Source: Eimeria praecox (taxonomy: Eukaryota). From it: a DNA stretch of 64,000 nucleotides. The position numbers were made by a program, and so were the translations under genes. Positions within the stretch are counted from its first letter, which is position 1. Each line of letters starts with the position of its first letter. Below are positions 40,201-54,300 of this stretch, one piece after another. Location of the stretch: positions 2,294,001 through 2,358,000 of the forward strand of contig OY986948.1 in assembly GCA_963920595.1 (NCBI GenBank), in the 5' to 3' direction. A model generated the notes under the pieces. That model was not told where the DNA came from, did no database searches, and worked only from the letters and a program-made list of their open reading frames with translations.

Positions 40201-42397
40201 GGGCATCTGCGGAGACTTGACTCACAAACTGCGTCCAGTGCCTCCAAGCAACATCTGACCCGAAATAAAGCTGTTTACCATCTCGTCTGAGCCACTAAAT
40301 TCGCAAGGCCTAGTCGTTGCTATGAGGAAATCCTGCTGCATGGATCCGCACTAATTATGCTTCGCTTTGGGCGATTCACAACACTTGCGCACCTGCCCTA
40401 CCAGCGCGCGTATATCAACGCCCGCCGGGCACAAAAGCTGGTCCATCAAGCCACAGGCACACACACGCACATGTGTGTCAAGCAAAGCTCACACGCCAAT
40501 TGGTGCAACTGCAGGAAATAGACCTGGCTTGACAGGCACCAAAACGCTGCCGCATATAAGCAGGAAATCCCGTTATGCAGAGGTAGGTATATCATGCATA
40601 GCAAAGCTCGCTTCTCCAATGCTTGTGATCCCCTTTTCGCATAGATGCCTGTTAATGAGCTGGTCAGAAATCGAAGGGTCAAGCTGAAATTTAGGCTTGC
40701 CTTCAGGAAATCTCTACTCTGAACTAGGACCGCAGCCCTCACCTCACCACAATGCAGGTTATAGAGGCTGCCCAAACATTGTCGTGATCAGGGCTGCATG
40801 CTGCAGATGCAATGCCTGATCTTCATGCTTTCGCATTGCTTTAGGCGCTGCCCGCATCCTTGAATCCTTTTGGAACGGTGGCAAATCCGCGACTCCCCGG
40901 CTACATAATGTAGGTGACTCGCTCCAGACACCAACTCACTTTCTACAGTAACACAGCATTCGTGTAGGGGCATGCTCTGTCATGTGCTTTGACGTGCGCA
41001 CAGCCAGTTATTCTCCCAGCGAACCGTTGGCATTACGCTCAGCAGATGAAATCTACACCCATATCTCATGTACTCTCCATCCAAGTCGTCGAAGACGCCT
41101 TCGGCCAACCATCACGAAACGCTTTAACACTTGTGAGCGTACAGGCACTTCAACGTATAACTAAGCATGTAACTAAGCATCGTCCAGTCAGAGATCCATG
41201 CAAAATAAGGGTACGTAGCAGCTCTCGGAAGAAAAGAAAACCCATTGTGACAGGCTATGCCCTGCCAGATTTTCGTTAGGCCCTAACTCCTGCAAAGCTG
41301 CGCCGCAAAGCCTATCAGGCGGCATGCTGAGATTCTCTGCAAATTCTTGTGCCTTCATCGCTGGCACACCAACTCACCATCCGCCAAAATAATTCAGGGC
41401 AGTCTTGCAGAGATCGGCTGCAACTCCCAGCTTTACCATCCATCGCAGCTGGCAACTCACACAGCCAACCAACCAACCAACGGGGTAAACGCAAGCACAA
41501 ATTGCGCCTGCTTGAGCCCTGCAATGCCGTCAAACCACGCGTCCACACACGCTCTGTAAGGTCAGTCCAAGCTATGCGTCATGAAAGCTATCGCCAGGTT
41601 GTTGGTTCGTCCTCAGTGCCGCATGTTTATATCCGTTCGCACAAGAGCGACAAACGGTATCGAGCTGAGCATGAACTAGTGGACTGTACGACCCAAAGCG
41701 TCATATCCCCCACTTCCACTGCTAGTCGTGCACACGGCCTTCTTAGTGGCGGGATCTGCTATGGCCGAACGCCGGCCAATAATGGAGGTAGAAATGAGTT
41801 TACACAATTGGAATGTGCCCAGCGTCCCGCGCAAGCCATTATTCATAGTGGTTGGTACGAACAAACAATGCTTGCGACCAAGTCACAGTGTCGCCTCCAG
41901 GGCCCTTCACAAGTCAAAAGTGAAGGGCACTAGTTAGCGGATTCGTGCTTCCTAGAACTACCAAGGGCCGCCTTGCTGTGAAGCACCGTAGTGAGCGACT
42001 TCCACTGTAAGTTGCCGACCCAGAAGGGCAAGCAGACAAGGAGCTGAGAAGAGCCTTTGAGAAAGCAGTGAGCAGTTCGGCGCAGAGCAACGCCAATGCT
42101 GTGAACAGGCCAGCAGATGCAGCATGCGCAGCTTAAAAAGGAGCCTTGTACCGTTGCCAAGGGTGTTAGTAGGATGCGCGGCAAGATTGAAGGACACGCC
42201 CATCGAAGTCCCAAACCTTCTCCGCGCGATTCCGATTCTTCACGCCGGTTTCGGGCCCGGCCATCTCGTACGTTCCGTCTTCCCAATTCGCTTCAAATTC
42301 CATCCTAATGGACTAACAACTCAAACTGAAGCGGCACGCTCCTGCGCCTGATAGTAATGCAGCCACTAGCTGGTTTATATACCCGAGTTCCTCAGTA
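37276..42397 (+). pseudogene. Array unit 1: permuted dead gypsy/chromovirus polyprotein (RT'-RNaseH-INT-chromo // gag-protease-'RT)
   Basis: RT: ALLRGATSTF (about 37300) and YY(L/R)xFFIP/YAR (about 37810-37845; cf. YYRRFIPNYARIA). RNase H: LTHASG..QDGQ..VALQS (about 37970-38040) and WKPSSQFPGI (about 38252). Integrase: LLSTLTL..ELAD..DGGGQ (39085-39305) and RCHF..RQSLSTSCE (about 39750-39820). Chromo-like: KYLL..NAPAL (about 39980-40055). Protease-like: ELVDCTTQSVISP (41673-41711). RT start: WFIYPSSS (42371-42394). Each match is weak alone but their order and spacing fit. Confidence 0.75.
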
Positions 42398-45300
42398 CAC
42401 CAATGCACTGAGGCGATACCAGCGTTACTTCGAGGCGCCACAAGCACCTTCAACTGTTTTCATATGATGTTGCAAAACAACATACCTTCTGAGGGGCCGA
42501 GCAGAATTACCATGATAACCGTTGCACAAACTCTTCCAGATGAGGCGAACAGATCCCTCCTCACTCAGCCGCTCAGCATCACTGCAATATCACCGCACCT
42601 ATCACAACTGAATCGTCACCTCAACGTCTGCAAGCAGAGCATCTGCACGAAAAGGACGCTGTTAGAACATCGCACTGCGACCCTTCACCGGCGGAGCAGC
42701 GTATCTTCAACAGAGTGGTGAGCGATCAACGGCATCGTCGATGGTTTGAAACCCCCCTCTCTGCTGCTGCCATATATGCGCAGGGGCGCTAGATCAACAT
42801 TAGTGGCGCCGGCAGCCCAATTTATTATACCTTTCTACTCAACTGGCGCAGCTGAGGCGGCCATGCAGGCGCGCTACTAGGATTCCGCCCTTAGTGTTGT
42901 CAGTGCTGTCTTTTGTTCTAGTGATCCAACTTACTATCTGTTCTTCATCCCCTTACGCACGATAGCGAACGGTAGAGCGATCCTGCGGATCGTGGGACGT
43001 GTAGCAGCAACACTGAGGGAGGGGCGCTGTAAATATGTGTCGGGCCCGCAACACTGCTGCCTGCAGAAGGTCCAGCCCCCAAGAAAGCATCGCTAACACA
43101 TGCCAGCGGCACGTCGGACATGCAGGACGGGCAAATACAAGCCCTCGTCGCCTTGCAGAGTTTCCAAAGGTCGCACAAATTCGCACATTACACACGGACG
43201 TGGCACCCAAGGACTAAAGGGCAGCCCACACGCTGCCCATTCCTGTCCGCTGGTTGCTTTGCAAGACGAAAGGCATGTCCTTGTACTGTGATGCGTCAAC
43301 CAGAGAAGCTGAACGAGCATTTAGCAAAGACCGCACAAATCAAACAGATGCCCTACACCTCAGCTGAGACACACTGGAAACCGAGCTCTCAATTCCCAGG
43401 AATCCTTTGGCCAAATCGCTAACGCGTACAAAGCCTAACAGCAGGGTCTGACTTCCCTTGGAATGCCTTTCACTTGTGCATTGTCCAAACGTGCCACGTA
43501 ATCATCTTAGATCAATTACGCGGGAAACCTTGCATTGAGGCTTTTGACCGTCACCAGCAAATATGTGATGGGCAATGCCAAAAGGAGGAGCGCGCCTACT
43601 ACCACAAAAACCTAAATGTCAGGCAAACAATCAAGGGAAATGAGCAGCTCGCAACCTCAAGAACAGTGTGTATCTTCCTCCTCTTGAGATCAACCGGCGT
43701 GCAAGTTGTATGTTGCCCCCTACCAATCCTCTCAAAATAGTCCTACGGCAGCTGCTGTTGTTGTTTACCAAAACTCAGCATGGAGATGACGCACATTCTA
43801 AAACATCATTGGACTAGGAAAGCCGCATTCAGTAGCTGACGCGTATTGAAAGCGAACGCGTGCGAAAAAAGACACACCTCCTTGCGTCCAGCCGGCTTCT
43901 GTCGCATGCCTCATCCCAAGCACGAGGCCAACGTAAACCAACGGAAACAGCGGGGAGCATGCTATCGCTAGTCTACACCCAAATACGCTTTGTTCTGCTT
44001 CCCTACAAACTATTCCCTACAAACTAGCACTGATTCGCTCAAATGGCTCACCAACCAATACGCTAGAAGCAAGCTAAATCGCAAAACGTACAACTGTTCC
44101 ATAGCGCCTACAGTGGTCCCTCCCTAACCCTGGAAAATGCGGGGGCACTCGTCCCGCGCAAACAAGTAAATTAGCTTGCATGTAAGAAGCCTCAAATGGA
44201 GGGATTCCGCTTGCTCTCGACGCTGACGCTACAAGGAAAAGCACTTGTCCACTTCGATAACTGAACCGATGCTCTCGCACCAAACTAAGAGCTCATGAAC
44301 TGTCTCACTGAACTAGCTGACAACTAAGGACGGTGGGATCGAAAACATGGCCAGCAGCTGCCGGTTTGCTGTTTCAAACGGTTTCCGCCCTGCAACTAAC
44401 AGTCAACCAAAGACGGCGGAGGGCAGCAAAGTGCAGGAGCTATTCAGCGCCTACTAATCAGTTGGTGCTGGTTGCAACTTGTGCATAGCGGCACCTAAAC
44501 AAGTCCTCAAGCGAAATGGTACAAAATCACCGCTCGTTGAAGTTACGGCTTGATCTAAGTGCTTGCTTGCCGCATACGTATGTGCAACCTGCCTTCAACC
44601 TACACGATTCCCTTAAACAACCAAACGTTCCCGCACCTCCTGCATCAGAGCATAGTTCCTACGATAATGACCGTGCTTCACAAGCGCTTGCCTGCTCGTC
44701 TGATGCCTTCCGGTGCTTCTCCCGGTCATCATCGCATCTCACACAAACGTAAAACAAGCAACGTGGCATACTAGCCTGCGTCTGCTCGCTTTACGGCCAC
44801 ACACATGTATCGGAACGGCTTCATGGCATCGCACCGCCAACACACCAGGGTAAACAAACTGAATCACGCAGTTCGGTGTCACTTTCTGAGCACCTCAGCT
44901 CCACAACACCACGCCCGACAAAGCCTTAGCACTAGCTGTGAACAGGCAGGTATTAGCGGTAAGGGTGTTGCACAGACAAACTCTACAAAATGAGGCACGC
45001 CCAGATTCTGCCTCCCATTCTGCCCTGCGGCACTACACAGGTGACAAACTGCAAGGCCATCAACCAACAACGCTAAAGCCACCCTGAGCTCCGACTCTGA
45101 AAATATCTGCTGCCAAAGTTGGACAAGCCACACCCTTGTTGCGGCCGCCGAGCGAGATCACAATGCGCTGGCTCTACAATGCATCTCGCTCTTGGAAAAT
45201 CGCAACTGACCTCTTTGTCAACAGCTGAGGGAACAACCGGCCTTTACACTCAACGCGTCCGCAAGTGCCCGACTGAGAAATTCTGTATGCGTAACAAGCA

Positions 45301-48300
45301 TGCGACCCTTTGAAATTTGACCGGGCATCTGCGGAGACTTGACTCACAAACTGCGTCCAGTGCCTCCAAGTAACATCTAACCCGAAATAAAGCTGTTTAC
45401 CATCTCGTCTGAGCCACTAAATTCGCAAGGCCTAGCCGTTGCTATGAGGAAATCCTGCTGCATGGATCCCCACTAATTATGCTTCGCTTTGGGCGATTCA
45501 CAACACTTGCGCACCTGTCCTACCAGCGCGCGTATACCAACGCCCGCCGGGCACAAAAGCTGGTCCATCAAGCCACAGGCACACACACGCACATGTGTGT
45601 CAAGCAAAGCTCACACGCCAATTGGTGCAACTGCAGGAAATAGACCTGGCTTGACAGGCACCAAAACGCTGCCGCATATAAGCAGGAAATCCCGTTATGC
45701 AGAGGTAGGTATATCATGCGTAGCAAAGCTCGCTTCTCCAATGCTTGTGATCCCCTTTTCGCATAGATGCCTGTTAATGAGCTGGTCAGAAATCGAAGGG
45801 TCAAGCTGAAATTTAGGCTTGCCTTCAGGAAATCTCTACTCTGAACTAGGACCGCAGCCCTCACCTCACCACAATGCAGGTTATAGAGGCTGCCCAAACA
45901 TTGTCGTGACCAGGGCTGCATGCTGCAGATGCAATGCCTGATCTTCATGCTTTCGCATTGCTTTAGGCGCTGCCCGCATCCTTGAATCCTTTTGGAAGGG
46001 TGGCAAATCCGCGACTCCCCGGCTACATAATGTAGGTGACCCGCTCCAGACACCAACTCACTTTCTACAGTAACACAGCATTCGTGTAGGGGCATGCTCT
46101 GTCATGTGCTTTGACGTGCGCACAGCCAGTTATTCTCCCAGCGAACCGTTGGCATTACGCTCAGCAGATGAAATCTACACCCATATCTCATGTACTCTCC
46201 ATCCGAGTCGTCGAAGACGCCTTCGGCCAACCATCACGAAACGCTTTAACACTTGTGAGCGTACAGGCACTTCAACGTATAACTAAGCATGTAACTAAGC
46301 ATCGTCCAGTCAGAGATCCATGCAAAATAAGGGTACGTAGCAGCTCTCGCAAGAAAAGAAAACCCATTGTGACAGGCTATGCCCTGCCAGATTTTCGTTA
46401 GACCCTAACTCCTGCAAAGCTGCGCCGCAAAGCCTATCAGGCGGCATGCTGAGATTCTCTACAAATTCTTGTGCCTTCATCGCTGGCACACCAACTCACC
46501 ATCCGCCAAAATAATTCAGGGCAGTCTTGCAGAGATCGGCTGCAACTCCCAGCTTTACCATCCATCGCAGCTGGCAACTCACACAGCCAACCAACCCACC
46601 AACGGGGTAAACGCAAGCACAAATTGCGCCTGCTTGAGCCCTGCAATGCCGTCAAACCACGCGTCCACACACGCTCTGTAAGGTCAGTCCAAGCTATACG
46701 TCATGAAAGCTATCGCCAGGTTGTTGGTTCGTCCTCAGTGCCGCATGTTTATATCCGTTCGCACAAGAGCGACAAACGGTATCGAGCTGAGCATGAACTA
46801 GTGGACTGTACGACCCAAAGCGTCATATCCTCCACTTCCACTGCTAGTCGTGCACACGGCCTTCTTAGTGGCGGGATCTGCTATGGCCGAACGCCTGCCA
46901 ATAATGGAGACAGAAGTGAGTTTACACAATTGGAACGTGCCCAGCGTCCCGCGCAAGCCATTATTCATAGTGGCTGGTACGAACAAACAATGCTTGCGAC
47001 CAAGTCACAGTGTCGCCTCCAGGGCCCTTCACAAGTCAAAAGTGAAGGGCACTAGTTAGCGGATTCGTGCTTCCTAGAACTACCAAGGGCCGCCTTGCTG
47101 TGAAGCACCGTAGTGAGCGACTTCCACTGTAAGTTGCCGGCCCGGAAGGGCAAGCAGACAAGGAGCTGAGAAGAGCCTTTGAGAAAGCAGTGAGCAGTTC
47201 GGCGCAGAGCAACGCCAATGCTGTGAACAGGCCAGCAGATGCAGCATGCGCAGCTTAAAAAGGAGCCTTGTACCGTTGCCAAGGGTGTTAGTAGGATGCG
47301 CGGCAAGATTGAAGGACACGCCCATCGAAGTCCCAAACCTTCTCCGCGCGATTCCGATTCTTCACGCCGGTTTCGGGCCCGGCCATCTCGTAAATTCCGT
47401 CTTCCCAATTCACTTCAAATTCCATCCTAATGGACTAACAACTCAAGCTGAAGCGGCACGCTCCTGCGCCTGATAGTAATGCAGCCACTAGCTGGTTTAT
47501 ATACCCGAGTTCCTCAGTACACCAATGCACTGAGGCGATTCCAGCGTTACTTCGAGGCGCCACAAGCACCTTCAACTGTTTTCATATGATGTTGCAAAAC
47601 AACATACCTTCTGAGGGGCCGAGCAGAATTACCATGATAACCGTTTCACAAACTCTTCCAGATGAGGCGAACAGATCCCTCTTCAGTCAGCCGCTCAGCA
47701 TCACTGCAATACCACCGCACCTATCAGAACTGAATCGTCACCCCAACTTCTGCAAGCAGAGCATCTGCATGAAAAGGACGCTGTTAGAACATCGCACTGC
47801 GACCCTTCACCGGCAGAGCAGCGTATCTTCAACTGAGTGGTGAACGATCAACGGCATCGTCGATGGTTTGAAACCCCCTCTCTGCTGCTGCCATATATGC
47901 GCAGGGGCGCTAGATCAACATTAGTGGCGCCTGCAGCCCAATGTATTATACCTTTCTACTCAGCTGGCGCAGCTGAGGCGGCCATGCAGGCGCGCTACTA
48001 GGATTCCGCCCTTAGTGCTGTCAGTGCTGTCTTTTGTTCTACTGATCCAGCTTACCGCCTGTTCTTCATCCCCTTACGCACGATAGCGAACGGTAGAGCG
48101 ATCCTGCGGATCGTGGGACGGGAAGCAGCAACACTGAGAGAGGGGCGCTGAAAATATGTGTCGGGCCCGCAACACTGCTGCCTGCAGAAGGTCCAGCCCC
48201 CAAGAAAGCATCGCTAACACATGCCAGCGGCACGTCGGACACGCAGGACGGGCAAATACAAGCCTTCGGCGCCTTGCAGAGTTTCTAAAGGTCGCACAAA

Positions 48301-51300
48301 TTCGCACATTACACACGGACGTGGCACCCAAGGACTAAAGGGCAGCCCACACGCTGCCCATTCCTGTCCGCTGGTTGCTTTGCAAGACGAAAGGCATGTC
48401 CTTGTACTGTGATGCGTCAACCAGAGAAGCTGAACGAGCATTTAGCAAAGACCGCACAAATCAAACAGATGCCCTACACCTCAGCTGAGACACACTGGAA
48501 ACCGAGCTCTCAATTCCCAGGAATCCTTTGGCCAAATCGCTAACGCGTACAAAGCCTAACAGCAGGGTCTGACTTCCCTTGGAATGCCTTTGACTTGTGC
48601 ATTGTCCAAACGTGCCACGTAATCATCTTAGATCAATTACGCGGGAAACCTTGCATTGAGGCTTTTGACCGTCACCAGCAAATATGTGATGGGCAATGCC
48701 AAAAGGAGGAGCGCGCCTACTACCACAAAAACCTAAATGTCAGGCAAACAATCAAGGGAAATGAGCAGCTCGCAACCTCAAGAACAGTGTGTATCTTCCT
48801 CCTCTTGAGATCAACCGGCGTGCAAGTTGTATGTTGCCCCCTACCAATCCTCTCAAAATAGTCCTAATAGTCCTACGGCAGCTGCTGTTGTTGTTTACCA
48901 AAACTCAGCATGGCGATGACGCACATTCTAAAACCTCATTGGACTAGGAAAGCCGCATTCAGTAGCTGACGCGTATTGAAAGCGAACGCGTGCGAAAAAA
49001 GACACACCTCCTTGCGTCCAGCCGGCTTCTGTCGCATGCCTCATCCCAAGCACGAGGCCAACGTAAACCAACGGAAACAGCGGGGAGCATGCTATCGCTA
49101 GTCTACACCCAAATACGCTTTGTTCTGCTTCCCTACAAACTATTCCCTACAAACTAGCACTGATTCGCTCAAATGGCTCACCAACCAATACGCTAGAAGC
49201 AAGCTAAATCGCAAAACGTACAACTGTTCCATAGCGCCTACAGTGGTCCCTCCCTAACCCTGGAAAATGCGGGGGCACTCGTCCCGCACAAACAAGTAAA
49301 TTAACGTGCATGTAAGAAGCCTCAAATGGAGGGATTCCGCTTGCTCTCGACACTGACGCTACAAGGAAAAGCACGTCTCCACTTCGGTAATTGAACCGAT
49401 GCTCTCGCACCAAACTAAGAGCTCATGAACCGTCTCACTGAACTAGCTGACAACTAAGGACGGTGGGATCGAAAACATGGCCAGCAGCTTCCGGTTTGCT
49501 GTTTCAAACGGTTTCCGCCCTGCAACTAACAGTCAACCAAAGACGGCGGAGGGCAGCAAAGTGCAGGAGCTATTCAGCGCCTACTAATCAGTTGGTGCTG
49601 GTTGCAACTTGTGCATAGCGGCACCTAAACAAGTCCTCAAGCGAAATGGTACAAAATCACCGCTTGTTGAAGTTACGGCTTAATCTAAGTGCTTGCTTGC
49701 CGCATACGTATGTGCAACCTGCCTTCAACCTACACGATTCCATTAAACAACCACACGTTCCCGCACCTCCTGCATCAGAGCATAGTTCCTACGATAATGA
49801 CCGTGCTTCACAAGCGCTTGCTTGTTCGTCTGATGCCCTCCGGTGCTTCTCCCGGTCATCATCACCTCTCACACAAACGTAAAACAAACAACTTGGCATA
49901 CTAGCCTGCGTCTGCTCCCTTTACGGCCACACACATGTATCGGAACGGCTTCATGGCATCGCACCGCCAACACACCAGGGTAAACAAACTGAATCACGCA
50001 GTTCAGTGTCACTTTCTGAGCACCTCAGCTCCACAATACCATGCCCGACAAAGCCTTAGCACTAGCTGTGAACAGGCAGGTATTAGCGGTAAGGGTGTTG
50101 CACAGACAAACTCTACAAAATGAGGCACGCCCAGATTCTGCCTCCCATTCTGCCCTGCGGCACTACACAGGTGACAAACTGCAAGGCCATCAACCAACAA
50201 CGCTAAAGCCACCCTGAGCTCCGACTCTGAAAATATCTGCTGCCAAAGTTGGACAAGCCACACCCTTGTTGCGGCCGCCGAGCGAGATCACAATGCGCTG
50301 GCTCTACAATGCATCTCGCTCTTGGAAAATCGCAACTGACCTCTTTGTCAACAGCTGAGGGAACAACCGGCCTTTACACTCAACAAGTCCGCAAGTGCCC
50401 GACTGAGAAATTCTGTATGCGTAACAAGCATGCGACCCTTTGAAATTTGACCGGGCATCTGCGGAGACTTGACTCACAAACTGCGTCCAGTGCCTCCAAG
50501 CAACATCTGACCCGAAATAAAGCTGTTTACCATCTCGTCTGAGCCACTAAATTCGCAAGGCCTAGTCGTTGCTATGACGAAATCCTGCTGCATGGATCCG
50601 CACTAATTATGCTTCGCTTTGGGCGATTCACAACACTTGCGCACCTGCCCTACCAGCGCGCGTATATCAACGCCCGCCGGGCACAAAAGCTGGTCCATCA
50701 AGCCACAGGCACACACGCACATGTATGTCAGTTAAAGCTCACACGCCAATTGGTGCAACTGCAGGAAATAGACCTGGCTTGACAGGCACCAAAACGCTGC
50801 CGCATATAAGCAGGAAATCCCGTTATGCAGAGGTAGGTATATCATGCGTAGCAAAGCTCGCTTCTCCAATGTTTGCGATCCCCTTTTCGCATAGATGCCT
50901 GTGAATGAGCTGGTCAGAAATCGAAGGGTCAAGCTGAAATTTAGGCTTGCCTTCAGGAAATCTCTACTCTGAACTAGGACCGCAGCCCTCACCTCACCAC
51001 AATGCAGGTTATAGAGGCTGCCCAAACACTGGGGTGACCAGGGCTGCATGCTGCAGATGCAATGCCTGATCTTCATGCTTTCGCATCGCTTTAGCCGCTG
51101 CCCGCACCCTTGAATCCTTTTGGAACGATGGCAAATCCGCGACTCCCCGGCTACATAATGTAGGTGACCCGCTCCAGACACCAACTCACGTTCTGCAGTA
51201 ACACAGCATTCGTGTAGGGGCATGCTCGGTCATGTGCTTTGACGTGCGCACAGCCAGTTAGTCTTCCAGAGAACCGTTGGCATTACGCTCAGCAGATGAA

Positions 51301-54300
51301 ATCTACACCCATATCTCATGTACTCTCCATCCAAGTCCTCGAAGACGCCTTCGGCCAACCATCACGAAACGCTTTAACACTTGTGAGCGTACAGGCACTT
51401 CAACATATAACTAAGCATGTAACTAAGAATCGTCCAGTCAGAGATGCATGCAAAATAGGGGTACGTAGCAGCGCTCGGAAGAAAAGAAAACCCATTGTGA
51501 CAGGCTATGCCCTGCCAGATTTTCGTTAGGCCCTAACTCCTGCAAAGCTGCGCCGCAAAGCCTATCAGGCGGCATGCTGACATTCTCTACAAATTCTTGT
51601 GCCTTCATCGCTGGCACACCAACTCACCATCCGCCCAAATAATTCAGGGCAGTCTTGCAGAGATCGGCTGCAACTCCCAGCTTTACCATCCATCGCAGCT
51701 GGCAACTCACACAGCCAACCAACCAACCAAAGGGGTAAACGCAAGCACAAGTTGCGCCTGCTTGAGCCCTGCAATGCCGTCAAACCACGCGTCCACACAC
51801 GCTCTGTAAGGTCAGTCCAAGCTATGCGTCATGAAAGCTATCGCCAGGTTGTTGGTTCGTCCTCAGTGCCGCATGTTTATATCCGTTCGCACAAGAGCGA
51901 CAAACGGTATCGAGCTGAGCATGAACTAGTGGACTGTACGACCCAAAGCGTCATATCCCCCACTTCCACTGCTAGTCGTGCACAAGGCCTTCTTAGTGGC
52001 GGGATCTGCTATGGCCGAACGCCTGCCAATAATGGAGGTAGAAATGAGTTTACACAAGTGGAATGTGCCCAGCGTCCCGCGCAAGCCATTATTCATAGTG
52101 GCTGGTACGAACAAACAATGCTTGCGACCAAGTCACAGTGTCGCCTCCAGGGCCCTTCACAAGTCAAAAGTGAAGGGCACTAGTTAGCGGATTCGTGCTT
52201 CCTAGAACTACCAAGGGCCGCCTTGCTGTGAAGCACCGTAGTGAGCGGCTTCCACTGTAAGTTGCCGGCCCAGAAGGGCAAGCAGACAAGGAGCTGAGGA
52301 GAGCCTTTGAGGAAGCAGTGAGCAGTTCGGCGCAGAGCAACGCCAATGCTGTGAACAGGCCAGCAGATGCAGCATGCGCAGCTTAAAAAGGAGCCTTGTA
52401 CCGTTGCCAAGGGTGTTAGTAGGATGCGCGGCAAGATTGAAGGACACGCCCATCGAAGTCCCAAACCTTCTCCGCGCGATTCCGATTCTTCACGCCGGTT
52501 TCGGGCCCGGCCATCTCGTAAATTCCGTCTTCCCAATTCACTTCAAATTCCATCCTAATGGACTAACAACTCAAGCTGAAGCGGCACGCTCCTGCGCCTG
52601 ATAGTAATGCAGCCACTAGCTGGTTTATATAGCCGAGTTCCTCAGTACACCAATGCACTGAGGCGATTCCAGCGTTACTTCGAGGTGCCACAAGCACCTT
52701 CAACTGTTTTCATATGATGTTGCAAAACAACATACCTTCTGAGGGGCCGAGCAGAATTACCATGATAACCGTTTCACAAACTCTTCCAGATGAGGCGAAC
52801 AGATCCCTCCTCAGTCAGCCGCTCAGCATCACTGCAATACCACCGCACCTGTTAGAACTGAATCGTCACCTCAACTTCTGCAAGCAGAGCATCTGCACGA
52901 AACGGACGCTGTTAGAACATCGCACTGCGACTCTTCACCGGCGGAGCAGCGTATCTTCAACAGAGTGGTGAGCGATCGACGGCATCGTCGGTCGTTTGAA
53001 ACTCCCCTCTCTGCTGCTGCCATATATGCGCAGGGGCGCTAGATCAACATTAGTGGCGCCGGCAGCCCAATGTATTATACCTTTCTACTCAACTGGCGCA
53101 GCTGAGGCGGCCATGCAGGCGCGCTACTAGGATTCCGCCCTTAGTGCTGTCAGTGCTGTCTTTTGTTCTACTGATCCAGCTTACCGCCTGTTCTTCATCC
53201 CCTTACGCACGATAGCGAACGGTAGAGCGATCCTGCGGATCGTGGGACGGGAAGCAGCAACACTGAGAGAGGGGCGCTGTAAATATGTGTCGGGCCCGCA
53301 ACACTGCTGCCTGCAGAAGGTCCAGCCCCCAAGAAAGCATCGCTAACACATGCCAGCGGCACGCCGGACACGCAGGACGGGCAAATACAAGCCTTCGGCG
53401 CCTTGCAGAGTTTCTAAAGGTCGCACAAATTCGCACATTACACACGGACGTGGCACCCAAGGACTAGTGGGCAGCCCACACGCTGCCCATTCCTGTCCGC
53501 TGGTTGCTTTGCAAGACGAAAGGCATGTCCTTGTCCTGTGATGCGTCAAGCAGAGAAGCTGAACGAGCATTTAGCAAAGACCGCACAAATCAAACAGATG
53601 CCCTACACCTCAGCTGAGACACACTGGAAACCGAGCTCTCAATTCCCAGGAATCCTTTGGCCAAATCGCTAACGCGTACAAAGCCTAACAGCAGGGTCTG
53701 ACTTCCCTTGGAATGCCTTTCACTTGTGCATTGTCCAAATGTGCCACGTAATCATCTTAGATCAATTACGCGGGAAACCTTGCATTGTGGCTTTTGACCG
53801 TCACCAGCAAATATGTGATGGGCAGTGCCAGAAGGAGGAGCGCGCCTACTACCACAAAAACCTAAATGTCAGGCAAACAATCAAAGGAATTGAGCAGCTC
53901 GCAACCTCAAGAACAGTGTGTATCTTCCTCCTCTTGAGATCAACCGGCGTGCAAGTTGTATGTTGCCCCCTACCAATCCTCTCAAAATAGTCCTAATAGT
54001 CCTACGGCAGCTGCTGTTGTTGTTTACCAAAACTCAGCATGGCGATGACGCACATTCTAAAACCTCATTGGACTAGGAAAGCCGCATTCAGTAGCTAACG
54101 CGTATTGAAAGCGAACGGGTGCGAAAAAAGACACACCTCCTTGCGTCCAGCCGACTTCTGTCGCATGCCTCATCCCAAGCACGAGGCCAACGTAAACCAA
54201 CGGAAACACCGGGGAGCATGCTATCGCTAGTCTACACCCAAATACGCTTTGTTCTGCTTCCCTACAAACTATTCCCTACAAACTAGCACTGATTCGCTCA

